From Paraspadella gotoi (taxonomy: Eukaryota > Animalia > Chaetognatha), in assembly GCA_051294375.1 (NCBI GenBank), contig CM119270.1:16760974-16798729 (forward strand): a DNA stretch of 37,756 nucleotides, written 5' to 3'. Each line of letters begins with the position of its first letter. The stretch's first letter is position 1. The position numbers and the translations under genes were made by a program. Under the pieces are notes generated by a model that was given only the letters and a program-made list of their open reading frames with translations, had not been told where the DNA came from and searched no databases. Positions 13,901-24,255 of this stretch are shown here, one piece after another.

Positions 13901-15830
13901 AATAATTTTATATATTATATTATATTAGTATATATTTATATATTTAATTATAATAAAAATATAAATAATTTTAATAATTTATATATAAAATTTTTATATA
14001 TATATTATTATTATAATTAAATTAATAGTATTATTAAAAATAATTTATATTTTATTATATATTAATATTAAAATTTATAATAATAAAATATAAATAAAAA
14101 TAAAAAAATATAATTATTATATTAAATTATATTTATAATTTTATAATATATAAAAATTTATTATTTTATATTATATTTATTATTATAAATATATATTATG
14201 AATAATTATATATATCTATAATATTATATTAAAATTATTAAATAAATTTATTTTATATAATATTTGTATTATATTAATAAATTATATAATTATTCATTAT
14301 AATATTAAATTATAATTATATATATATATTAAATAATAAAAATAAATTTAATAAAATAAAAATTTATATTAATTATATTAATTATATAATATATTTTATA
14401 ATAAATATATTTATTATATTATTAATATAATATTATATATTTTTATTAAATAAATTAATTTAAATAAAATATATTATTATAATAATAATTTAAAATTATT
14501 ATATATTAATAAAATATAAATATTATAATATAAATATTTTATATATAAATAAAAAAAATATTATTATTAAATTAATATTATATTAATAAAATAAATATAT
14601 ATATTTAAAAATAATATTAAACATTAAATTATATAATAATTAATTTAAATTTTTAATATTTATAAAATTTTATTATTATTTTTTTATATAAAATATTTTT
14701 ATTATTATAATATATTTATTAAATTTATATTTATATATTATTTAATAATTAATATATTAATTAAATTATAAATAAATTAAATATATATAAATATCTATTA
14801 ATAAAAAATAAATAAATAATATAAATTATAAAAAAAATATTTATATAATATAAATAATTAATTTATAATAATATATAAAGATTATGATAATAATATATTA
14901 AAATATATTATAAAATAATTTATTTTAATTAAAAAATTAAATAAATATAATAAAAAAAATTAATATAATAAAAAATAATAATTATAAATTAATAATAATA
15001 AAAAATAATTAATTAAAATATAATTAAATATTAATAAATTAAGTAATTTAATATTAAAAAAATAATTAAATATTATATTTATTATAAAAAACTATAAATA
15101 TATAAATATTTTATAATAAAAAATTATAAAAAAATGAAATTATATAAATATAAAATATATATTATTATATTAATATATAAATAATAATTAAAATATATAA
15201 AATAATAATATTATATATTAAATAAATTAAAAATAATATAAATTAATAAAATATTTATAAAAAATAAAAAATAATATATTAAACAATAAAAATAATTATA
15301 ATATATATATAATATTATATATTAATAATAAATTAATAAATAAAAAATATATTTATTTATAAAATATATATATAATATTAATAAATTATATATTAAATAA
15401 ATTATATTAAATAATATAAATATATTTAAATTAAAATAAAAATATGAAAATATTATATAAAATTATAAAATATAAAATTAAAAAATAATATTTAAAACAA
15501 TATTAATATAATAATATATTAATTAAAAAAAATTAATAAATATTTTAATATTATTAATAAAATATTATATATTAATAAATTATTAATTTATATAAAAATA
15601 ATGAAAAAAATATATTATTAAAATATATTAATATAATAAATAATATAAAATTTATATTTATAAAATTATAAATTAACAATATAATAAAAAATTTTAAATA
15701 ATACTCGCCTGTGCGTTTGGACGTTTCCATGAATGAATCCGCAGTTCGTCGGATGTTTGTTGTTTCGCCGCAAATCTCGAGGAATCTTAACTCGAGTCGG
15801 TTGAGCGCGGGATTCCACGTAGTCGTCCAT
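7274..15830 (-). CDS. CIMIP6: CIMIP6/C2orf73-like ciliary microtubule inner protein, 5 coding exons, about 280 aa (model: 15830-15709, exon 2 at 11741-11608 or 11109-10977, 8677-8534, 8303-8088, 7504-7274)
   Basis: Spliced translation ...HPTNCGFIHGNVQTHS-DPVCDVYTD..IQDKWWKTTPFKEPKHVPDRHEKHGT-VRTDF..RHGANSDRRRAVGIVPVNAL..YLEK-VSFTAHYDSRSAANYPPRGVRRGAFVRRLI... is collinear with remembered human C2orf73 motifs (FINTNARTYNEP, IQGDWW, TQRSDF, GIVP, YISFIHQYDAR..NEPLQGKRHGAFVQREI). Splice phases are compatible. The exon 2 reading frame has to be rebuilt from two indel-bearing copies. Confidence 0.85.
7649..7691 (-). ncRNA. Second copy of the intronic hammerhead, core damaged (GATAA, GCC)
   Basis: Minus strand: GACG CTGAAGA A GGCTT gcaaca AAGCC GATAA CATG CC GGTT; same position in the duplicated unit as 9791-9834. 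Confidence 0.6.
8088..8303 (-). CDS. CIMIP6: CIMIP6-like exon 4, intact (72 codons, VSFTAHYDSR...PREEDE)
   Basis: ctcttag| acceptor, GAG|GTAGAG donor (weak), 216 nt open; contains SF..YDSR...NYP.RG.RRGAFV. Confidence 0.85.
8534..8677 (-). CDS. CIMIP6: CIMIP6-like exon 3, intact (48 codons, VRTDFGHENAW...EAPTYLEK)
   Basis: ccccag| acceptor, AAG|GTGATT donor, 144 nt, open, phase 0 at both ends. Confidence 0.85.
8697..10893 (-). repeat. Tandem duplicate of the CIMIP6-like 3' half (exon 5 about 9404-9639, exon 4 10269-10490, exon 3 10728-10876), frameshifted; probable assembly artefact
   Basis: 9061-10893 is collinear with 6926-8695 and 8697-9400 with about 1838-2900. Differences are mostly scattered single-base insertions. 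Confidence 0.85.
9791..9834 (-). ncRNA. Minimal type I hammerhead ribozyme (Penelope-like), in CIMIP6-like intron 4, sense strand
   Basis: Minus strand: GACG CTGAAGA A GGCTT gcaacta AAGCC GAAA CATG TC^ CGGTT. Core, 5-bp stem II and palindromic ACATGT stem III are present; stem I is short and imperfect. Confidence 0.8.
10977..11109 (-). CDS. CIMIP6: CIMIP6-like exon 2, copy 2 (different indels)
   Basis: Near-identical to 11608-11741; donor ACG|GTGAGA; the two copies are separated by a 25-N gap. Confidence 0.7.
11447..11980. repeat. Direct duplicate of 10896-11347 across a 25-N gap
   Basis: Near-identical sequence from ggaggatttctctc to gggtagatagcttaatt on both sides of the gap. Confidence 0.9.
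11608..11741 (-). CDS. CIMIP6: CIMIP6-like exon 2, copy 1 (indels)
   Basis: Acceptor tctttcatcttttcag|, donor GTGAG; encodes DPVCDVYTD and, after a frameshift, IQDKWWKTTPFKEPKHV. Confidence 0.7.
11985..15700. other. 3.7-kb nearly pure A/T aperiodic low-complexity block inside CIMIP6-like intron 1
   Basis: G or C occurs only sporadically; no repeat unit visible; both edges are sharp. Confidence 0.95.
15709..15830 (-). CDS. CIMIP6: CIMIP6-like exon 1 (MDDYVESRAQPTRVKIPRDLRRNNKHPTNCGFIHGNVQTH + AG), GC donor
   Basis: First in-frame ATG at 15830; 122 nt = 40 codons + 2; followed by AG|GCGAGT. Phase 2 matches exon 2, which begins cag|C GAT CCC. Confidence 0.75.
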
Positions 15831-16790
15831 CGTCGTCGTCGTCGTCGTCGTCGCCGGTTGGGCGTCCAGGCAAAAGATACGATCCCCGGTATCTTTTCTA
15901 AGAACATGAAGATCGATTTCGTTTTTAAATTCATTTGCATATTGTAGCAAGTCTTTTTTACCTCCGTATTTTTAAATATTTTTTTCAGGATATATTGAGT
16001 TTAATTAATATGTTTAACATGTTTATTATTGGTAAAGTTTTTTTGGGGGAGAAAGTTAGCTATCTTATAACCTGGACTTAAGTCATGAACAGAAAATCAT
16101 AAAAATTTCTTTGCTTGAGGTTCTACGCGAATTTAGTAGACCTTGTTGCTTTCGAGTAGCGTTAAAATAAGAATTGTTTTGATAATTTTTAAAATAAAAA
16201 AAAAATAAGGATTGCCCCAATCTTTACCGTTGTCACGAAAATAGTAACGAACTTGTCTCAAATAAGAATTGCCCCAATCTTTACCGTGTTTCTGTCTTTT
16301 TATGCTGTTAGTGAAACCATTACTGTTTTTGAATTATGTTAATATCGTTTTTGTTATTAATAAAAAAATAATAATATTAATTAAGCTTACTTATTAAATG
16401 GATGGCTAATTGCATGTATATTAGTTGAGTCAATTTTATTCAAGATTCAAGAGAAGCATTAGCATACAACATGATAAACATGATCATTTTAGTATTCAAG
16501 CTCTGATGAATATAGTTTTTCTATTTATCTTATCTAATTTGCAGAAAAATATATCGAAACGTTAACAAATATTTTTTACAACTAGAATCGACCATTTGTG
16601 TTCTGTTGTAGTTACATTAAAAAAAAATATATCGACTTCCCTCTAAAATCAATTTACATTACCTGACTCCATGTACTTTTTTCTTTCGCTGTAAAGGGGG
16701 CAAATACCGAGACATTAGCCAAGTTTTATGTAAAAAAATCCAAAAAGCTAGGTTTTCAAAAGGTTTAGTTCAACCTCTCAGCTGTCTTCA

Positions 16791-16804
16791 GTCGGCATGG
16801 AAAC
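16791..16804. promoter_or_regulatory. X-box (RFX)-like motif about 960 bp upstream of the CIMIP6-like start
   Basis: GTCGGCATGGAAAC against the consensus GTNRCCATGGNAAC, one mismatch; RFX regulates ciliary genes. Could be chance. Confidence 0.3.
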
Positions 16805-17061
16805 GTAGGTCAAATCTTTTGTTTTTATTTTCTTCACCGTTTCGAGATGTCGCCGAAAAAATTTGGAATGTAAAAACAAAAATCAAATTCTTTTCTAATC
16901 CAGCATTAGAATTTTATTCGGGGGTATATATATGAAATATATATGAAAAATAAATGAAAAGCAATACAAAACTTTAATTAATCAAGGCCTTTATCACTTA
17001 TGAATCAAAGAAAAGAATAATTTTCTTTCTCTGATTTTTTATATGACTTGCAGCCGTCTCG

Positions 17062-17105
<44 letters not shown>

Positions 17106-17359
17106 CTCGCTCTTCTCTCTCCTTCTCTCTCTCTCCTGCCCTCGGGTCGCTCCCGTCGAATTCACAACCGCCGACAAATCATCACTGCGAAAAATTTTTG
17201 CAAAAACCGACCCGCGAACAACTTGTGCTCTCTCTCTCTCTCTTCTCTCTGCTCTCTGTCTCTCTCATCATCTCTCTCGTCTCGTTACTCTCTCTCAAAT
17301 GCTCGATCTCGACTGAGGCAGCGTCTCACCCATTTTGCAAAAAGTCGAGAGGCACAACA

Positions 17360-17368
17360 ATGCCGAGG
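17360..17368 (+). CDS. Candidate micro first coding exon (MPR) of a divergent gene
   Basis: ACAACA ATG CCG AGG|GTAAGT: good start context and consensus donor in a GC-richer, (CT)n-flanked region. No downstream exon identified. Confidence 0.3.
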
Positions 17369-18164
17369 GTAAGTCATAGCGACAACAACAACAACAACGA
17401 AAACAACGGCGGCGGAACGATCTTACGACCGCGAGAAGAACTCTCTCTCTCTCTCCCTCTCTCTCCCTCTCTCTCCCTCTCTCTCTCTCTCCAACACAAA
17501 AAGAAAGAGAAAAAAAGAAAAGTTTTTCGCGCCGGGGTTCAAAAGTCTCTTCATTCTTTTTTCTCTTATTTTTTTCTTTTTTTTCTTCTCTGCTTTTTTC
17601 CCCCCAAAAAACGAGCCTCACGGAATTTGGTGATTTCACCCCAACAAAGAAAGGGGAGGGCGGGAGAAAGGGAGAAAGGGGGAAAGATGGGAATAACAAG
17701 GGACCGTAAAACGTTACAAAGATTTTAAGATTCATGGCAATTGTTTTTTCTATTTTTACGCTTATGCAAATCATTTATATAGACTATTATAGTTTATATT
17801 ATATTATCATATTATACTGTTATAGTTGATAAGTATTTGGTACTATTTTACGGCTCATCGATCATCATGTATTTTCCACTGACACTTGACTATAATTGTT
17901 CGAAATATTTGGCAAATAAATAAGTTTTTTATGCGAATTAATTTCATAATGAAACTAATTGGTAATATCGCGAGGTAAGTTTTTTTTTCAAATAATTTTC
18001 TCTGTGAAACAGAAAAATTCCTAACCTTAAAGACGACAACAACATTTCTTTGTGCGGTAGTAACGCGAACCGACAAAGGATTATTGCGGCCTTTCATCTT
18101 CACATATTGTGAGGCCGAACAAAGACAATGGGAAAATTTTTAAAAGGAAAGATAATAGAACGGT

Positions 18165-18232
<68 letters not shown>

Positions 18233-19164
18233 GGCATTTTTCGTCGGTTGAATCTCAAGCGTCTTTCACAAGAATGATACTGGTCACTGGTCATAGTGGT
18301 CGGTGGTCATTTTGACCACGAAAACTCCCACGAGGGAAAGAAAGAGAAGAGAATTCGACCGGTCAAAAACTGAGAACAAAGAATCTGACCATAAGTTTAG
18401 CGTTCACCCCCATTCGAAGAAATTGTAAAACCGTGCTAGATTGATTAACGAGTCAGATTTTTTTTTTGCCTTATAGTACTGCACAATTTTTTTTATTTAA
18501 TAGCTTACTGTTTTCTATCTTATATAGATATATCTTTTACATAGTCTATCGAAATCTTAAAATCGTCTGCTTGAAAAATCGCACGTGGTCGATTTCATAC
18601 AATTCCCCATTAAAAATGGCAACAAAGTTTATCAGTTTATAGATCAAAAGCCCCAAATTCGAGGGATGCAGGTTTTTAGCATCATTTGGTCAAGTGATTC
18701 GAGCTCTCTTTCCTACGGTAATATTAGCCAAAAGTAACAGCAGAAGTCGAGGTCGTCAACCAACTGAAACAAATTGTAGCTGCAAATGTGCAGCAGATCA
18801 CTGACAACGTATTTCTCTCAGCTCAGGCGAAAAATACGTAGGATGCGTATTTAAACCGCACATTGAAGGTTAATATTAGCAGTATATACTGAGTCAGTGA
18901 GCAATAAATTTGGGGCCTTTTAAAAAACGTCAATGACAAATACTGAGTATTAATATATTTTTAGACTTTAGTTTCTGCTATTCGTTCTGGCTCATGGGGT
19001 AAATATTTTTAATTTTTGTTATTTGTGTAAACTGCCCAATTTTACCGCCATTAAAACAGTGTTATATTAAACCATCGTTATATTAAAACTTTTAAGATAA
19101 ATCTTATAGTTTAACATTTTACTATTTCTATTACTATTACTAGATCGACTAAAAAGCCAAAAGA

Positions 19165-19423
19165 GAAGAGATATAGCCAATCAGGAAAGAGAAAACGAAG
19201 CGGATTTAAACAGTAAAGAACGGTGTTCATTGGTAGAAACGAGATAAGGAGAATCGACGAGATCCAATCAGAGAAGAGAAAAAAAACGACGCCAAATTAA
19301 ACAGTAAAGAATCGTATTCATTGGTGGAAACGAGGTAAGTCGGTGCGAAGAGAGCCAATCACGAAGGAGGAGAAGGAAGAGGAAGAGCAGGACGATGCCA
19401 ACGAGAATCGATTTCATTCAGTT
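19165..19423 (+). promoter_or_regulatory. CCAAT-box array in about 2.3 copies of an 87-91 bp repeat, plus an Inr-like TCAGTT
   Basis: CCAAT at 19177, 19264 and 19355; ATTGG at 19229 and 19320; repeated TTAAACAGTAAAGAA and TTCATTGGT.GAAACGAG.TAAG; TCATTCAGTT at 19414-19423. Confidence 0.6.
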
Positions 19424-19720
19424 ACGCTTTCGATTCCGAACCGTTAACATTGCCAATCTATTTTCTAAAAAAAAAAAATTTTTCCTCGCTATCAAACCAT
19501 TATTCGCCATTGCAATTTTACCGATTATTTCAATCCTAATTTTCTAATTTTCAAACAGAAATCTACAATTTTCATTTCCAATATATTTACACATTTCATT
19601 TTCGCACAATTAAATCTACACTTTTCATTTTAATTTTCTCGATTCGACATTTCAAATATTTTAAATATTTCAAATATTTAATAAATCTTGAAATCATTCA
19701 TAATTTATTATTCTTTCAAA

Positions 19721-20575
19721 ATGGAGAGCACTTCAGTTCCCTTTGCCTGGAGCCAGGACCTCCTCGAGGTGCCCTCTTGGTTTGGGCAGCAACCAACATC
19801 CATTTCCCCCACATCCACCGCAAGTTCAAACGCACCCACACAGAAGAGCTGCAAGAAACGAGGTCCTGATTCCTGTCCGGAATCTCCCGCTCAAAAGAAG
19901 CCTCGAGTTGCCGTGGCTTCCTCGCCCGACGCCAATCCGGTTCGCAACGAACTGGATGAGGAGCTCGAAGTTTTCTTTAGAGAATACGATGGCCTGAATA
20001 GCAGCGAACACCAGCCGACGCCGGTCCCCCTGGCGGAGCCTCCTGTGAATGCCGTTTTCGTCCCCAACGCCGCTCCTGACGATCTTGACTCGGAACTCGA
20101 CCGGTTCTTCGCTGAGGAAAACGTTATTCCGAGCGGCGCGAGCAGATCGGCGCCCGCCATTATCCCGCCGGAGGTGACGCCGGTCCTGTTGCCTCAACCC
20201 GCGGCGCCCCGATTCCCAGCGTCGCTAGCCTCGACGACAAATGCCCGAGTCCCGCAGGTTTTCGCGCAACCAAGCCTCAATTTCTTGATTTGCTGCCGCG
20301 GCGTCCCTCCGATGCAAAAAGATCTGGGTGCGGTCCAGGCGCCGGTCGCAGATTTCGCCCACCAACTTTATCGTTCCGTAGACCACGTCCACGTAGATTC
20401 CAACAACATCGGATATTTTATGCTAAATGCATTTAGATTCCCAAAAGGGTTCGTTCGTCTTCCGACGACGAAAGTTGAAGAATTAAAGGTTTATCAATGC
20501 ATCCGAGTCATTGAGAGGCGAGTGGCGGCGGCGAAGCTTTGGCGACAGCAGCAAGTCCAGCAACAGCGTGGATGA
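19721..20575 (+). CDS. Intronless 284-aa protein of unknown function (Pro/Ser/Ala-rich disordered N-terminus, bipartite NLS, two acidic LDxELxxFF motifs, about 85-aa ordered C-terminus)
   Basis: 855-bp GC-rich ORF in an AT-rich background; good start context (CAAAATGG); upstream CCAAT array and TCAGTT; AATAAA at about 20760 and 20816. Confidence 0.75.
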   Translation: MESTSVPFAWSQDLLEVPSWFGQQPTSISPTSTASSNAPTQKSCKKRGPDSCPESPAQKKPRVAVASSPDANPVRNELDEELEVFFREYDGLNSSEHQPTPVPLAEPPVNAVFVPNAAPDDLDSELDRFFAEENVIPSGASRSAPAIIPPEVTPVLLPQPAAPRFPASLASTTNARVPQVFAQPSLNFLICCRGVPPMQKDLGAVQAPVADFAHQLYRSVDHVHVDSNNIGYFMLNAFRFPKGFVRLPTTKVEELKVYQCIRVIERRVAAAKLWRQQQVQQQRG

Positions 20576-21211
20576 ATTTCATCATTCGTTGTCATAACCA
20601 TAACACGAGCGCCACATCCCACAACAATCATTTTCTCAACTCATAACAGCAACGCAAATTTCATACACGAGTTAGAAGAAACAGTCTCACGAGGTTAAAC
20701 TAGAACAGTCAAATCATATCCATAACAAACAGTGAGACGTGGAATTCCCCACATTTGTAAATAAAACTTTTGTGATGTAGCATTCGCGATCATGGTCGCA
20801 TTGTAATATAAAAAATAATAAAATAAAATAATAATATAGTAATATAAACAAATATAATGATATATTATAATATAATATTCTCGAACCAACTCGTGAATCT
20901 AAAATTAATGACGTTTTTGTGAGAACAAACCTACGTAATCTTACGTGATTCATAAAAATGTTCCAGATGCTAAATCCAAATTTGCTTATTGACAGTAGTA
21001 TTTCATTGTTTAATATTCTGTTCCGTATTTTTGATCAAGTTGCATTCCAGATTATTTTGTCTGTTAAACGATGATTATTATATTCGAAAAATAGCACGTG
21101 TCCGTCGCGAGCGAATCCCAAAAAATACGTACCATTTCTCATTAAATGAATATTTTTTAAAAATTTTCTTCTCTCATCTTCAGTAAAAATTTAAATCTTT
21201 AAAAAAAAATT

Positions 21212-21325
21212 ATTATAACTTAATTACTCATAAATTACATGAAATTATTAAAATTCATTTACACCATTAGATGAAGCATTATATGGGAATCCTTATAATA
21301 TAAATAATTATTCATGACAGTCAAG
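21212..21325 (+). repeat. About 114-bp dispersed direct repeat (second copy 23917-24030; diverged third copy about 21430-21520)
   Basis: ATTATAACTTAATTACTCATAAATTAC...TACACCATTAGATGAAGCATTAT...TTATTCATGACAGTCAAG at both positions. Confidence 0.85.
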
Positions 21326-21720
21326 AAAATGCCCAAGACAGCATTTTTTTTTAATTGGACGAATTGCACAAAGAAAACTTAAGATTTACAAATAAAAAAA
21401 TTAATAAAAAATAATTACTCAAACATTTCTAAACATTACTATAATTCAGATACACCATTGATTAGACCATTAATAGGGATTTTTTATGATGTAAAATTTT
21501 TCTTTAATGCAATCAAGAATACGTCTAAAATTGTCTTTTTTCGCTAATTTTACTGTGTTAGATGAAAAATAAACATAGCATAGTAAATGAATTAAAATAG
21601 TAGTAGTAGTTCCCAAACTAATGATATACTTATAAAATATATTTATCAAATATTTAAAGTAAAGATTCTTTTGGTGTTACTCGCGAACGAACACGAAAAT
21701 TAGCGTGGTGTAGTGTATGC

Positions 21721-22500
21721 AGTAAAGCGTAGTAAATAGTTTAAATTTAACTTAAATTCTAAAAATAAAGAAATATTTAAAAAATATGATGTCACTGATG
21801 TTAATCTTTTTTTAAAAAAGATTATACATGATAAAAATATAAAAGAAAAAATAATAAAATTAAACCATTTTAAATAATATATTGAAGAGACAGTAATTAT
21901 TGGTAAACGGTTGGAGGATTTTAGTCCACCATAATATTAATAACAATATCAATAACATTATGTAAAAAATTATTTAACTTATATAACTTTTTGATTTAGC
22001 TTATTATTGAACTTTTATTAGTTAACTTAATTTTAACTTAATTAACTTACCCAATTATTTAACAACTAGTTTAAATTATTTAAAAATTATAATCTACAAA
22101 ATTACCAATTACAAATTATTTACAAAACCTTAATAAATTTCCTTAATATTAATAATACTGTGATACCAGGGCTTTGGTCTGTTTAACATAAACATAAAAA
22201 TATATCTTTAAAAAATAAGAAGCAACAATATAGGAATACCATTTGGTGATGGCTCGCCTATACCACCTGGATATTGGAATTAATGAGCCGAAATCCATGA
22301 AGGGTTCCAAACTGATAAAAGATAAAAATTTTAAAAAGTCCATTTTAAAATTTTAAAATTTCTTAAGATATATAAATATAGCCTAATGCGAAAATTGAAA
22401 AAAATAAAATGATTTTTTTTATAAATTAATGTTCACTGGTAGTACGTTGTTCATAATTGACAATTAGAATTTTCATTTGTGACTTTCACTACGCTTTACT
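21721..22500. mobile_element. Putative MITE (780 bp, 13-bp perfect TIRs)
   Basis: AGTAAAGCGTAGT at 21721-21733 and its reverse complement ACTACGCTTTACT at 22488-22500 bracket an AT-rich non-coding interior. TSD unclear. Confidence 0.55.
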
Positions 22501-22524
22501 ATGTAGACATAAAAAAAAAATCGG

Positions 22525-23519
22525 TGATGGGGCGTCTAACCCACCTGTAGTGACGGACTACAGCCCGATCCGAAGTTCGGGACCTTGTGTTCAACGGACG
22601 GTAAACTGCTCGCGGCATCGTCTTCCACATTGGTGAGCCCACACGAACACGCTGGCACGTTAATATACCTCTGCCCGGGCATGTTAACACACCCATCGTG
22701 TGTGAAGACGGGAGCAGGAATAGGCAGCCCCTCCTAGAGTACTTGGGCACAACGCGTGCATCATAGCCATCACACTTTCGCGGGTGTGTGATGCCTGGGG
22801 GGGATGTGTAGCGGTAGTATTTCATACCCCGTTACTCGTCCGAGAATCAGCAGCACCTATGGCGCCGGAGGTAGCACGAGCTCCTCCCAACCCTGCTGAC
22901 TCACACAAGAAAGTGCGACGGGGCGTCTCACCCACCTTCAGTGACGGACTACAGCCCGAAGTTCGGCTCAGTGGAGGAGGGAATTTTTCGTAGGAAAAGA
23001 ATTCGAGATCGAGTGAAAAATGAACGCGAGTTTATTTCAGTAATAACGTCGAGGGAATGCGCGAAGGAATAAAAATTACAATGACTTTTAAAATTGAACC
23101 ACTTTGTCATGAATTCAAAAAAAGGAATGGAATTTTAGGCCGGTTATATTATTTACATTTTTGAAATTCAAGAGAAATTTTAGGTTCGATTTTCACTCGG
23201 CCACGTTAACAGAATTTCAAAAAACTATTGACAAAATAATATTCAGTGAGAGAATAGGCACAATAAAATTCTCAGGGTTAAAATAAAAAACATTTAGCTA
23301 AAACGATACTATAAAATTCACAAGATTACACTTTAAAATTATTAGTCAACTAATTCGCGAGAGTGAGTAAAATTTATTTATTTTTTACACTACCAAAAAA
23401 ATATTTATTTCTAATTTTGACAATTACAATATTTTTACTTTTTACAAAAAAAATCGAAAATAGTTATCGATTTTCTGTGTGCAACGGACGGTGAAGTGCT
23501 CGCGGCATCGTCTTCCATA
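22525..23519 (+). mobile_element. TRIM-like element, family A: partial 5' LTR to 22629, PBS 22631-22641, internal 177 bp, PPT about 22795-22806, 3' LTR from 22807 interrupted at about 22967-23475 and resuming to 23519
   Basis: TCCACA-T-TGGTGAGCCCA; CTGGGGGGGATG|TGTAGCGG; 22919-22966 repeats 22528-22580; 23476-23519 repeats 22586-22629. No TSD found. Confidence 0.8.
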
Positions 23520-24074
23520 TCGTCATCTCTGAATGGGTTATATAAAACATTATGGTTTTCTTCTCATATAAAAAAAATAAATGCAAAATAATATTTGGTA
23601 GTTAGGATATGATTAAATATAGGATAATGAGAAAAAAAATAATGTATGAAATTTTTTTTCCCTTATAATGGTCCAAGTTTATAAACCATTACATCCGTTT
23701 ATCTGTTCACCCTTCATATCTTGTTGGTAAATTACTTGGTTCATAATATAATACATAATTATAAAAAATTATTCGAGACAAAATTTGAATTTGTATGTGA
23801 TTGCCATAATAAGTATTCGAAATATAGCCAGTGTCCGTTGTGAGCGACACCCAAGAAATACGAACCATTTCACCTTCTCCTCACTTTTATTATTACTATT
23901 TTTCGTCTTCTACATCATTATAACTTAATTACTCATAAATTACTTAAAAATATTAAAATTCATTTACACCATTAGATGAAGCATTATCTGGAAATCCTTA
24001 TAATATAAAATAATTATTCATGACAGTCAAGTCGGTCATATCTTGTTGGTAAATTACTTGGTTCATAATATAAT

Positions 24075-24255
24075 TATGATATAATATAATTTCAATTTCA
24101 AATTCACAATAACGCTGATGAAGGCTTGAAATGAAGCCGAAACATGTCTGTTTTGCATAAAAATAAAATCGTTATCAAAATTAAACTGAAACTGTCTCTC
24201 ATCGTCCCAAACAACGAAAATAAAGGATTTATATCACAAATAAATTTCTATATAA
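24075..24255 (+). mobile_element. About 180-bp hammerhead-bearing insert (same family)
   Basis: Flanks 24037-24073 and 24256-24280 are nearly contiguous at the apparent empty site 23716-23782. Shares AAATTCACAA..ACGCTGA and AATAAAATCGTT with the intronic copy. Boundaries approximate. Confidence 0.65.
24111..24152 (+). ncRNA. Minimal type I hammerhead ribozyme (Penelope-like)
   Basis: AACG CTGATGA A GGCTT gaaatg AAGCC GAAA CATG TC^ TGTT; predicted cleavage after 24148. Confidence 0.88.

Noticed and set aside
16203-16288. 28-bp direct repeat AAATAAG.ATTGCCCCAATCTTTACCGT with a spacer of about 30 bp (CRISPR-like spacing)
   Set aside because: Only two units, in a eukaryotic context with no cas genes; a simple local duplication.
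16762-16795. Minus-strand CTGAAGA CAGC tgagag GTTG AACTA, hammerhead-like
   Set aside because: Lacks a full GAAA, a cleavage triplet and stem I; at most a decayed remnant.
17043-17774. Long ORFs rich in SLSL or ERER (also 28698-30016 and 31381-31968)
   Set aside because: Kept open by (GA)n/(CT)n microsatellites that lack stop codons.
22640-22860. Possible twister, HDV-like or hammerhead ribozyme in the TRIM repeats (retrozyme hypothesis)
   Set aside because: Hairpins exist (CATCACAC/GTGTGATG; GTAGC..GTA TGAAA TAC..GCTAC), but no complete catalytic core could be assembled; the LTR-PBS-PPT layout explains the repeats better.
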